The translations under genes were made by a program, and so were the position numbers. From positions 62,001 through 126,000 of the forward strand of contig KZ538072.1 of assembly GCA_000934665.2 (NCBI GenBank): DNA of 64,000 nucleotides, given 5' to 3'. Source of the stretch: Catajapyx aquilonaris (lineage: Eukaryota). The notes under the pieces were generated by a model. That model had not been told where the DNA came from. It did not search any database and saw only the letters and a program-made list of their open reading frames with translations. Below are positions 1-11,410 of this stretch, piece by piece. Positions within the stretch are counted from its first letter, which is position 1; each line of letters opens with the position of its first letter.

Positions 1-150
1 GTGGATATATACCATGTGTTGCTTAATTGATCTCACATCCGCATCAGTGGAAATTTTGTAGACATACATTCCTGTAAACTCACCTTCAGGTTTGATGTGG
101 AATCACGCATATTAGCCTATTAAATGCCTTTCCAACTGTACACAACTCAC

Positions 151-661
151 TGCCACACTTTCAAATGAGGTAGAGAAGCGAATGGGGAATGAGCATCATT
201 GATATTTCTATCAATACGGATGTGAGCTCAGTTCGGCACATGTGGTACATTGGTCAACATGCACAGATTAGGGAACAGGTCAACCAGTCATGTAGTCTGA
301 AGCAACAAACCCTACTACAGTAAGGTTTTAATAATAGACACATGTTTGTATCAATGCTCACAAAGTCTTTACCGTCAAATGATAGTACAAGTAGCTTCAT
401 ACCAACTGGTAACTTTACCTACCAGATCATGCAGTGTCTATACTTAAATGTTACTGTACTAATCTGGTATTAATAATCGTGAGTGGCATCTTAGCAAGGT
501 AAAAACAAATGCATCACTATTCACATTGGTCTTCATCACAGTATCAATACTTTGCAACCTACTTACCAATACTTATTTGGTGCTTTAGTTGGCACCATTT
601 TTATAATAATGTTAATCAGCAAATGACATTATTAGACCACCACCTCATTTGAGATGTGGCA
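151..661. mobile_element. Possible old TIR-bounded non-autonomous element
   Basis: TGCCACACTTTCAAATGAGGT (151-171) is an imperfect inverted repeat of ACCTCATTTGAGATGTGGCA (642-661); no TSD seen; interior is CpG-depleted. Confidence 0.25.
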
Positions 662-1652
662 TAGGTAGCCTACTTCCCATCAACACGTGTTCAGTGAATG
701 TTAAGGAATGTTAAGTCAATGTGCTGAATGCCAATGTTCAATACCAATGTCAGTGAATGCTCAGCACTGGACATTAGATTGTTTGTCCTATGCCAAAGTT
801 CTGGACATGTCAAGGGAATGTGGGAAAAGGCTCTTTCATTATGTCAAAAAAAACTAGGTGTATTCAGTATTGCCTTTGTCTCCTTTAAATTGTGGCTCTC
901 ACACAATGCCATCTCATCTCACAATAAGAGGAATAACAGTCATACATCACATGCTATCTCAGATCTTATCATACACAGTCCATGTCAACTCCACACCTCT
1001 TGTTGAGCCACCCATTGCCTTCAATTATCATAATGGGGTGGTCATTGTGGGTAGCATTCTGATAAGACAATGGGTGGGAGCTACCTTTTAAAGGATATTT
1101 GACACTATAGGAGTACCTGTAGAAGGTGTTCATTTCAGTTAGCTGGCCCTATCGCCCTAAGATGCTTATTTTAAGCAGATTTTCGTTTGAATAGTTTTGG
1201 TTTTAGTGATTATCAACAGTATTATCTGGTAATATTACACTGAATGGAATCATCTATCCAAGCTATGAATTATTGCATTGAATTTCAGATTGTTACAATT
1301 GGCATCAAACGTATGGCCTGTTAGAACTGGCCCACCCCCTTTGTCCGACTCACCACGAATAAGACCAGTTTCTAAATAACTACTTTAAAATTACACTCAG
1401 TGCACAAGCACACCCAGATACACCCACACATACACCCTTACACAACACTCAACGTACAGTGCTATGGGGTCCATGGGTCCCTGAGACAACCCCTGGAAGA
1501 AGGCCCAACCAACCCACATACCCAAGCTTTTCCAGACCTACCCTCTCACAGCTTAATTCCAAAAATTACCAACTCAAATGACATTAACAGTGAAATTGTC
1601 GAGTGTCAAAAAATGTGACATACACTAAACATCCGAAGAGCAATGGCACATA

Positions 1653-2534
1653 CAGGGGTTAGACGAAATAATAGCGAACACCTGCAAAAAGCGGTTATCT
1701 TCGCGTCTAGCTGTTTTATTCGAAAACTGGAAAAGTTGCAAAGATGTCTTTTATCAGGTTATGAAGTTCCATCGATGTACATTTGTGGGAGTATGCAGAT
1801 AACACAAAAATCATGAGAGGGGGAGAGAAACAAAATACGAACGACACCCCCCCCNCCCCCCCCCCAGACCCCATTTTTACCAGTGTTCCAGGCTTGTCAT
1901 TTGAAAACCAAAATAGTTACGGATATGAACTTTACTGGGTTTGGAAGCTCTATCGATTTCACTTTGTTAGATATAAAGATGGACCAATAATCACGCGAGA
2001 ATATGAGTAATATTTAATTAGAAACCCAAAACAGTTGGAGAAAATAATGATATGCACTGGGTTTTTAAGCTCTATTTATGTCACTTTATGGTATACAGAT
2101 GACTTTAAAAAATATTATTTTTCCCCAACACATGGTACAATCATCCTATTCTTTAAATCAGTGCCGGGGGTGGGGAGTTTAGTTTCTTTTTTCCCCGCCT
2201 TCTCGCGTAATTATTGGTCCAGCTCTATACCTCACAAAGTGAAATCGATAGAGCTTCAAAACCCAGGGAAGTTCATATCCATAACTATTTTGGTTTTCAA
2301 ATGGCAAGCCTGGAACACTGGTCAAAAATTCGGTGTGGGGTGGGGTGTCGTTCGTCTTTTGTTTCTCTCCCCTCTTTGGATTTTTGCATCATCTATACCC
2401 CCACAAATGTAGATCAACGGAGCTTCAAAACCTGATAAAAGTCATCTTAGTTAACCTTTCCAGTTTTCGAATAAAACAGATGCGAAGTTTCAACCGCTTT
2501 TTGCAGGTGTTCCTATTATTTTGTCTAACCCCTG
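1653..2534. mobile_element. Tc1/mariner-type MITE (foldback, ~350-bp imperfect TIRs)
   Basis: Starts TA|CAGGGGTTAGAC (TA 1651-1652), ends GTCTAACCCCTG|TA (TA 2535-2536). Arms ~1653-2001 and ~2200-2534 are reverse complements along their length with moderate divergence; ~200-bp non-coding spacer. A TA TSD with CAG termini is typical of Tc1/mariner. Confidence 0.92.
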
Positions 2535-3193
2535 TACATTCACTGGACATTCACATGCAACTTGCTGTAGTACTGTTTTTACGTTTCCATGTGTGCCGAG
2601 ACTACTGGATCTGGTCAAATTGTGTCGCAACACATCGGACCAGGATTGACCAGCCATTGTGACCCCACCAAGCCGGATGGCTGATCCCTGCTCAAATGCT
2701 ATTCAAAGCATGCTAACATCAGATCCTATTGGCTTACACACTGCCAAATGTGACAATATCCGTATTGCCAGCAGAAAGCACGACACCCAAAATATACTGT
2801 TGGCAATTTATGAAGCTACTTTTAGGCGCTGCCCAAAAATATTAGCTTCTAATAATAGGTTGAGTCGTATATCCAGCCATGAATTGACCCAGATTAATCG
2901 TAGGAAGTGACCTATTTGGCTCCATTAGCAACTGTCCCACCCAGTTAAATGTGAACAGATCGAAGTAAAATTCACCATATGCATATAAAGCTGGCCAACT
3001 TAGAAGAGCCTCCAGCGGTTCCGAAATTTCTGAGGAAAAAACTGCTCTCGAAGCGCGGGATAACACTCGGCGAGGGTGTTGCCCTTGCGTAAAGTCAGAA
3101 ATAATAATGACACAAGAAACCCTCCCCCCCCCCCCCTTCCTTCCGAATTCAACCTTCCTTGGTCTTCCGTGCAACACTCCCACCTCCCCTCCC

Positions 3194-3358
3194 NNNNNNN
3201 NNNNNNNNNNNNNNNNNNNNNNNNNNNNNNNNNNNNNNNNNNNNNNNNNNNNNNNNNNNNNNNNNNNNNNNNNNNNNNNNNNNNNNNNNNNNNNNNNNNN
3301 NNNNNNNNNNNNNNNNNNNNNNNNNNNNNNNNNNNNNNNNNNNNNNNNNNNNNNNNNN
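3194..3358. other. Assembly gap (N run) flanked by C-rich/poly-C tracts
   Basis: Run of N seen directly. Confidence 0.99.
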
Positions 3359-5377
3359 ACCCCCCCCCCCCCCCCCAACCACCACTCGCCTACTAGAGCA
3401 AGGATTAAACGGTACACTCCTAAGCATTGTATTGCAAGAAACTCTGTCATTTTCTCTGGATAGTATACGTTCCTTTTTTTTAAGTTGAAAATTCTATATC
3501 GTACTGATAGCGCTTTTGAATCCTGGTTATAGGTTTGAGTGAATATGTCCCATTTCCTGGCTCGAGAGTTGGGAAATTTCTAGCAACGAATCGTGCTGTA
3601 CTCCTGAGGAGAGGCTGGAAATTCCCGACGGCGGGTTTATCTGAGGCGCGAACATTCCTGGCATCACATAATAAAGCTGGCGGGCATCATCTCTTGTAAC
3701 GCAGCTGCTGCACCCGTTCTCGCTATATACTTCCCCGCTCCTTATTTCCGCTCTTGATTTACCCCCCTTTAAGGCCATTGTTAAGGACCCAGGCTTTATA
3801 GGGGCGATGTTCTGTGGAAAGAAAATTAGCCTGGACATGACATTGGGTGGGTTTGCGCAATGCAGGAGTCCGAACGGGCCCGTGTCGGCCACCCAAATGC
3901 TCCCAATATGGCGGCGCAGCGTCACACTCGAATTTAGCACACTTTTTTATATAATATTTTCAGTATATAAAATATATAACTGCTGGTCAAGGTTATAGTT
4001 TCCGGTAGCAGTTCGCGTGCTATTAGTTTACTAACTAGTTAAACCAGCCGTGACGACAAACCGCATGGTTACCAAACACGCAACCAGTTTCACCAATCCG
4101 GCTCGTTACTTTTAAACCTGATCAATCACCCACAAAAAAAAAAAAAATCTAAAAACTGTCTCAATTTGAGCCCATTTCCTCCTCCAATCAAGTCATGCAA
4201 ACTTCCATCCCCCCTTAAAAAAAAAGAAGCTGGGGACTGCGCTCATCGCTGTTTTTCCCCCCATTATCCGCGCCGCTCGATCGTGGCCCAAGTCATCGCA
4301 CTTCACACGCCATTATTATTCCCGACCAGATTTTAACAGCACGTCCCAGCTAATATTGAAAAAAAAAGCACCGGACATGTCGCCCTCTACAGTACTCAAA
4401 CTCCAGATCCTGAAACATGGTGGCTGGACGTGGACCCCGCCATTGCTCATCCGGCACTTTTTTTTTCTATACCCCCCCAACTATGAATCTTTGGCAAGTC
4501 AAATATCGTGCACTTTGTGCCATACCAGAAGAAGACGAAGCAGCGGAGATGGAGAGAGCCCAGCCCAAGGAAGAGGAGGGATAATGGGAAAGCAGCGCAG
4601 GCAAGACACAAAGCTCCAATCTCCCATTCTTCCCACTGATGAATTACGGCCAAAAGGGTTTCTGCTGATTACTGCACGCGGCGCGGGTCGATTGCAGACC
4701 CGGCCGGCAAAATTTAATGCTAGTCTGAACCATATGACGCCTCCAACTCGGGGAGGCCTCCCCTACCCCATGGTCCCCCTCCAACCTCCATCCGAAACAG
4801 CGCAGACAAAAAGCCTCCAAATGAGACAGGAAATTAAGCCTAGCTACCCTATACCTCCTTTTCATGTACCGGGTACAGACGCGCGCAAAGACTTTTCTTA
4901 GGAAGTGGACAATGTCCACATTTAATTGGCAAGTGGGGGGGGGGTACCTACCTGTCAAGCGGACATTGATTGAAAGCAACAATGTCAACATAAAAGGCAT
5001 GCATGCACTTTATAAATAACTGACTATGTTGATTCTAGGCATACTGGTACACAACGTTGAGGATGTATAGTAGGAATCAGAACATGATGAACTTCAGAAA
5101 AAATAGTAACAGTGCAATGGTTTGGGCAGGCCACTGTAGGATAGGAGCAGATAAGACCCTTCCTAATCTACCCGCCTCCGGGTTAATAAGTGGGGTACTG
5201 GACCTTCTAAAATAATCCCGTAACTTTTTAAGGACGCCACTTCTTACATTTTTGACAGCATATATGAATTCTAAGGTGTTGAAATCCTATATTTTCATAC
5301 TCGATTCGTCACAGGCATGTCACAAACAGGTCCACGGGAACCCGTGCGCATATAAAGAAAAACTTGTATATAGTTGA

Positions 5378-5657
5378 CCTTACTGGCGTGCGGGAGGGTA
5401 GTAGTCGGTGGGGCTGTGTCGCAAAGGCAAGGATAAAGGATAGGCGTATATCCGCTGAAGATAGGTCTGTATCCGCAAGGTAGGAAGGTTAGGCTTGGTT
5501 AGGTTAGGCTTGGTTAGGTTAGGCTTGGTTAGGTTAGGTTGGCACAGCATACCCCTTCCAAAATCCAAAAAATCAATCTTTGCATCTTTGCCTTTGTGAC
5601 ACAGCCAAGCTGCCCCCAGCCACCACTCACCCTGACGCCTCCCGCACGCCAGTAGGG
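5378..5657. mobile_element. piggyBac-like MITE with terminal and subterminal inverted repeats
   Basis: Perfect 17-bp IR TACTGGCGTGCGGGAGG (5381-5397 / 5638-5654) extending to CCT../..GGG ends; internal 22-bp IR 5412-5433 / 5585-5606 (20/22) with asymmetric spacers (14 vs 31 bp); flanks TTGA and GTTA resemble a decayed TTAA site. Confidence 0.75.
5486..5540 (+). repeat. (AGGTT/AGGCT/TGGTT) pentamer tandem with 15-bp higher-order unit
   Basis: AGGTTAGGCTTGGTT x3 followed by AGGTTAGGTT, at the centre of the MITE. Confidence 0.95.
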
Positions 5658-6554
5658 GTTACTCTTTCCCTTGCACACTACGAATATCAAAATAATTCAA
5701 GCCTCATTTTGGACAGGACCTACTATTGATTCAACGTATCCCGCATTTATTTACACCCTCCAGGAACATGATAATGACACCCATTCGCGACAGCAAGACA
5801 CCTGAGACTCAAGAGGGGACTCTGGCCAGGCCATGTCCACGGGATGAACTTTTATCGCTCGTCGTAAGCTGACACCCCCTGCTTCAAAACCTGGATAGAG
5901 AAAAAAAAACTGGTCCGGCCGTTCATCTCCCTGGAGTACGCACAGTCTCCGCCAGGCGTCTCTGGGGACGCATACTCAGAAAAAGGGTCAGTTAACTATT
6001 CATTCCTAGTGCAGAAATGCCAGGGGCTGTGATACAACACAACAAGCCACTTACGTCGATATAAATTCCCTTTTCCTTGGATGGCGGAAGAGTCTATTTG
6101 CTCGGCGGGGCGCAGCTTTTATCCACCCCTCCCCCCCACCCCCAACAAATAGAATCAATGCAGCTACCAGAATTTCACCCCTCCGTAGATTGTAAAGTGC
6201 CGATACTTCGAAAATATCCGTAAAATTGTCCCGTTCCATAACTTATTTTTAATGTGGCTGAACATGAAATTTTCACCTGATTTAAAATTTCATCAATTGA
6301 CGTCACTTCCACTGGTTTACTCGTATAATCAAATCTGCCTCCAGCCTTTAAAAAATCCCGATGCATGTAACCAACACACTGTACCTCCGGGCTCTTTAAA
6401 AAAAAATCCCCGCTGTCTATAAGAAGTTCTATAATGTTCAATAGAAAGCATATATATATATCCCAAGCCCCGCTGACCCACTCACACGGTTCCATTCAAC
6501 CTAATATTAGCTAACTTTTACCCTCTCTCCCCCCATGAAACTCGCTATAACTGT

Positions 6555-6590
6555 ATATCAATAAGTGCTGGAATATCAATAAGTGCTGGA
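6555..6590 (+). repeat. Perfect 18-bp tandem duplication
   Basis: ATATCAATAAGTGCTGGA x2. Confidence 0.9.
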
Positions 6591-8972
6591 ATTTGCATAC
6601 CTATACGAACCTCCTTGACCTGCTCCATTGCCACATTCATCCCCGGATAATAGTCAGAAACTTCATCCTAGAAGGTTTGAGTGTACAGTACGTAGTTCAC
6701 GGTGTCGCCTACATTATTCATAACCATATTGATCTGATTTCAAATTTTATGAATAACACCATTCGGTTCAATACCAAGCACCGGTTCTAACTGGCCTTGT
6801 ACGACTGACCGCTAGTTAATATAAAAAAAGGTTCACTTCCCGCAGGGTAGACCTACCCAATTATGCCAAGATTTGCACGCCAAAACATATCTGCTAGAAC
6901 AAAAGTGCCGCCTGGCTACACATCCAATAGCCGCCACAAGTGTTTGGCGTGATCGGTAAACAGAAAATCTCAAGTGTTTCCACCTCGCCACTTCCGATAA
7001 CCCAGAATAAGCTAACTAGCAATTGGCCGAGGATTCTAATTGACTCAGAGAGAGAGCCTTGAATAAGTTACTCAGCATATTATTATTTGCTTTGGTATAA
7101 CAGGTAATCAATTTCTAACTGCGATCTTGTTACATAGCGTGCATGACCTTCCCCCCAGATCTAAGTGCTTATTAGCATTGTAGACATTCGTTTCCTGATG
7201 CCGGAAATTCTTAATGAATTTCATTCATACGTGACGGGTAGTTCAAATTTCGCGCCTTTCCTGGTACGCATTTTCTGGATATCCAACCCACTTCCAATAT
7301 ACACAAAAGAGCTGAAACGTTACATATACTGATAGCTGATATGGCACAAATTACTACCCTCTAACAACCCCCCCATTTTCGGTAATAACACCAGTTATGT
7401 AGCCATTTCCACCATTTCGTGGCGATACAGCAGTGCACTGTTTGCAATCATAACAATCCTTGCCACGCACGGGGGAGGACCCCCGGACCCCAACATAACT
7501 GGTCATGCCAATCACGCTGACCTTTTCTGGTCGTCAGCTAATCACCGATGCATTCAATCTGTCCGACGCGCTTGTAAATAAGAGATGTCGCGTGACACTG
7601 TCCGGTTAATCCCGTTTGGACTGTCTCCAGTCACCAGACTCGACTTCCCGATAATTGGGCCACGGCGTCCCATGACATCCGCAAAAATATCGTCCGGCTT
7701 ATACATACGCCGGATAAAAATGGACGCTTATTATCGTTCCATATCGAAGCATGCCATGTTTCCCCGATGAGGAAGACAAGGCCCGCTGAAAAAATTATGG
7801 TGGGTTCCTTCCGGTTTTTAGCCACCGCTAACTTTGTCCCGGGTGACAATAATACCAACTAGAAATTTTTGCTCCGAGCCTTGAGTTCATTAACTATATA
7901 TATATAAATATAAAAGTTGGGCAACGAACGTCGGCTCACGTCCACCGCAATTAAGTTCCAGCTTTTAACACTCTTAATGAGTCATTTTGGCCGGAAAAAC
8001 AACGCAAAGTTGCAACTGTCCATCTGTACAGTCGCCACCAAAATATTTGCCGCAATTTTAATATATCATAATGAAAGGTGAGAACAAAACGACTAATTAG
8101 TCGCAAACAAAAGGGAGGGGGTACGGTACGGCAGGAATTACAACCAATCGAACAGCTATATGAAACTCCATATAGCGTTGAATAGAGGCTTGATACTGTA
8201 TACCAAAAAGCCTTTGAAAGTGTACTGGATTGTTTTCCCCGCGACCCTCGCCCGAAAAATACTGCGCCCGTATATGAACACAGGGCCGCCATCAATTTGC
8301 ACTTGTGGTTCCCTATGGCGCATTACTCAGCCATATTGCTCTTGTTGTAAACGGTGGGCCATTTGTATCTCATTTAGAGGCGCGCACAGGTGCCGTTTTA
8401 GTGCGGACACCCTGGTTACATCATCGCTTTACACCATGCACGTACCCGCAAAACATGCGTCAAAACGACCCGGCCGAAATATGGGCGTCGAACTCCACGC
8501 CGCCATCAGCTGCAGGGGTAGTGGGTTCGAGCCCCGGACCGGTACCCACTTTTATATATATATATTCTTTACAGGTCCCTACCACCAGATCGATTGCAAA
8601 CGCTCCGAAACATGAATACGCTCCATGTAACGGTCAGGGTCCGGCGCTGACCCAAAGGAATGGCCCATGAAATATTCAGTAACCCAGTCAGAAATGTGGG
8701 TGACACTTTCAACGTTGTCACGCAATCCAGTTTTGGATCTCCCTCTCCTCCCCCTCCATTTCTTTTTGTCCTCCACTACTATTTTTTTATCAGCCCCAAA
8801 ACAGTCGCGTCGTAAGTAAAATGTCTCAAAACGCTCAATCGCGTCCAGAAATGAAGTTTCCGCAAGAGCGTTGAGGAAAAGATTGAAACTTGGTGCAGTT
8901 TGGGGGAGCGAAAAAAAAAACTTTCTTTTTGTACAGGGTCTACAAAAAAAAAAAAAAAAAAAAGAAGCAGGA

Positions 8973-9013
8973 NNNNNNNNNNNNNNNNNNNNNNNNNNNN
9001 NNNNNNNNNNNNN
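8973..9013. other. Assembly gap followed by poly-C
   Basis: Run of N seen directly. Confidence 0.99.
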
Positions 9014-9444
9014 CCCCCCCCCCCCACCCCCACCCACCCTGTCTTCTATTCTTATTCTGCCCTCATGGTGGGAGAAATTTCCCCCCCAAAAGAAAATTTT
9101 GTTTCAAAAAATAAAATAAAAATACAACAGAAGTTTTCCAACAATACGCGCCTGACTTGACGTTCCTGGCACCGAGGTATTATGATTTCATAAGGTGGAG
9201 GGAGGAAAGGGGTGGCAAAACACAAACACACTTTTGGTCTCTCGCCACCTGAATTAAATATGGAGTCGCCATTTCCCCCCTGCACCTCCTGCATTTTTCA
9301 ACCTCCCCCCCCCCCCCCCCCCNCCCCCCCCGTCTCTCTCTCTCTCTTGCCCACCTGAAAAATCCTAAACTCTAGGACTCCGGCCTAGTTACGACCCGGT
9401 TGCATGACCCAAAGTCAGAACAATTCACCATTAAATACATTCAA

Positions 9445-9520
9445 CCCAAATATGCACATCGTCCTATATTTAGGACACTTATCATATTTTAGTCATTGTG
9501 CTAGTCCATTTGCTTATAAA
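9445..9520 (+). mobile_element. Left end of a piggyBac-like MITE related to 57221-57303
   Basis: TCAA|CCCAAATATGC matches the reverse complement of the right end of the 57.2-kb element (GCATATTTGGG|TTAA); followed by GTCCTATATTTAGGAC and a CATTGTG..ATTTGCT(T/C)ATAAA segment shared with that element. No clear right end. Confidence 0.5.
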
Positions 9521-9535
9521 GCGAAAAATATTCTA

Positions 9536-9978
9536 AAATTTACAATAAAAACCTAATTTGTGCCGAATTTACCATAGATTTATATTTAATATTTAAAAAT
9601 TAACCGAAGCAGGTTGGTGTATGGGGATAAGGAGCCCGCCTGCAAATCGGGAGGTCCTGGGTTCGAATCCCGGGGCCGGCGACACTGTGGGTTTCCATGG
9701 TCCNCCCCCCCCCCCCCCCAGGACAATTCCGGGGTCATTTCCGTAAAAATAGACCACAGTCGCTTCCTTCCCTATCCCTGGTCCCATCCAATGGTGGTAA
9801 TCCACCCCCCTAAGGGAGCCAAAGGCTCTAGCACGGGGTATGATAAATAAAAATAAATCCAATATTTAAAAATTACAAACCTTGTTATTTGCTGAATTTA
9901 CCATCGATTTATATTTAATATTTAAATATTAATTTTTAAAAATTACAAAACTTAATTTGTTCTGAATTTACCATCGAT
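9536..9978 (+). repeat. AT-rich minisatellite (~60-70-bp unit, ~3 copies) interrupted by a SINE
   Basis: Unit approx. AAAATTACAAAACCTAATTTGT..GAATTTACCAT(A/C)GATTTATATTTAATATTT recurs at ~9536, ~9868 and ~9938. Confidence 0.8.
9603..9860 (+). mobile_element. tRNA-derived SINE (family 1), full length, with 15-bp TSD
   Basis: A-box-like TGGTGTATGGGG, B-box GGGTTCGAATCCC (~9659-9671), tRNA-like arm CCCG..CTGCAAA..CGGG; body (GGACAATTCCGGGG...GACCACAGTCGCTTCCTTCCC) resembles central domains of invertebrate SINEs as I recall them; A-rich tail; exact TSD AATATTTAAAAATTA at 9588-9602 and 9861-9875. Confidence 0.92.
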
Positions 9979-11410
9979 CAACCGGGTTCAGGTGTTGGTC
10001 GATGAGCTGAAGACGTTTGTCTCCTTTTCGCCTTAAAAAAAAAACTGTTGCAGAAGATAACGAGAAATTCCGAGCCAACAATCTTTCACAGCTCATTCCG
10101 CAAAAGGCCCTCATTCTGAAGGATATTTGCAGCGTTTAAATTGCACCGCCATCTTGCCAGTCTGCCAGCCTTGAGGGAAGATATGACATCGAGCAGACTT
10201 AGGTTATTCAGAAGCATGCAAAAAAAGGGGCTTGGAAAATAAAGTTAAAAAAAAAAAATGAAACAAAATCGGAGCAATCACACCGCATTCCGTGCAGCGA
10301 AAGTTGCGAAAGTGATTATAACCCTATTCCTCCACTTCTCCAAGTCGAAGATGGCAAAATTGCGCCCAACTTGTGCGACACGGATGGAGAAGAAAAATCG
10401 CCTTAAGGCTGCTTCGAATTAGTAGTTCTTAACCTTGCAAATTTACTGTCAGGTTTAGCTGGGAAAAATAACGCACAATGGCTACTTCTCACGTCCTTGC
10501 CCCAACTGTCCTTTTTTTCCCATTCTTATTATTTACTTGTTGAAACAATGACATGGCGGCTAATTTGTTGACTTATGTAATAGTGTTTATGTTTTAGGCA
10601 ACGCCCTGATGACTTCTCCCGGAAATGGATGGGAAAAGACCTAGGAGAAGGGCCTCCAAGGGTCCAGGTGAGAAGGCCCCCTGGCCATTATCACATGGAA
10701 GTTTTCGCGGGATCTGGGAAGCCCAAGTAACCAGGGCATGTCCAAACACAATGGGAAACGACACTTGAGAAATTTAACCTAGTCACACATACACTAGGCC
10801 ATGGATTTCCGCGTTATGTACGTGCTGGGGTTATAATCGGCCAATGTTTGGAGAAAACTTCCTTTCTCCTTACGTGGTAGCGATTCGCACAAATCGCGGT
10901 TCTCTGCTCTGAATAAGCCAACCTGTCGTGACCTCAGAATAACTGCTAATAAATAAATACCCACACAATATCACATTATGGGGTCAATGTTGTTGTTGTT
11001 ATATAGCGGATCAAAATTAAACGATATAAAATTTTTTCTTTAAAACCGCCCCAATTTAAGCTTCCCATGGGAATGCCCGTTTGCAGGTTGGCACCTCAGT
11101 TCACACGAAATAAACTGAACCGCCGACAAGCCTAGGCCCACTTAACTCCAAATTCACACGCAAGGCACAACGCATCCACGGGCCAGATAAGGGACAAGAC
11201 AAACTACCGCCAACATATACTAGTTTAATTCCCCCCCCCTCCCCCTATACCTTCCTATACCAAACGACGCCGTAGGGGCTTTTGCCCAGCCCCCGACCCA
11301 CTTCCTAGTTGATATATGGGAAAGATAATTACTTCGTTGCCGAAGAAAACTTATAATGCCTCAGATATGAAGCGCCCCAGCGCGACCAGACTTCTTAATG
11401 AATTTCACTT

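Noticed and set aside
78..150. Minus-strand hAT BED-finger-like fragment (ELC...DSTSNLK followed by GTGAGT)
   Set aside because: Needs a frameshift, lacks the first Cys and the His ligands, and is too short to distinguish from chance.
2842..3488. Long ORFs spanning N gaps (also 8579-9160, 16281-16889, 18409-18960, 60231-60561)
   Set aside because: Lengths are inflated by N and poly-C/G runs that contain no stop codons.
4356..4901. 181-codon plus-strand ORF
   Set aside because: Non-ATG start in a poly-A run, crosses homopolymer tracts, no recognisable motif; compatible with chance in GC-rich DNA.
8515..8550. Third SINE/tRNA fragment (GGGTTCGAGCCCCGG B-box)
   Set aside because: No A-box, body, tail or TSD; an isolated B-box-like match is insufficient.
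9603..9680. tRNA gene (Cys-like arm)
   Set aside because: No acceptor stem or poly-T terminator; it continues into a SINE body, tail and TSD.
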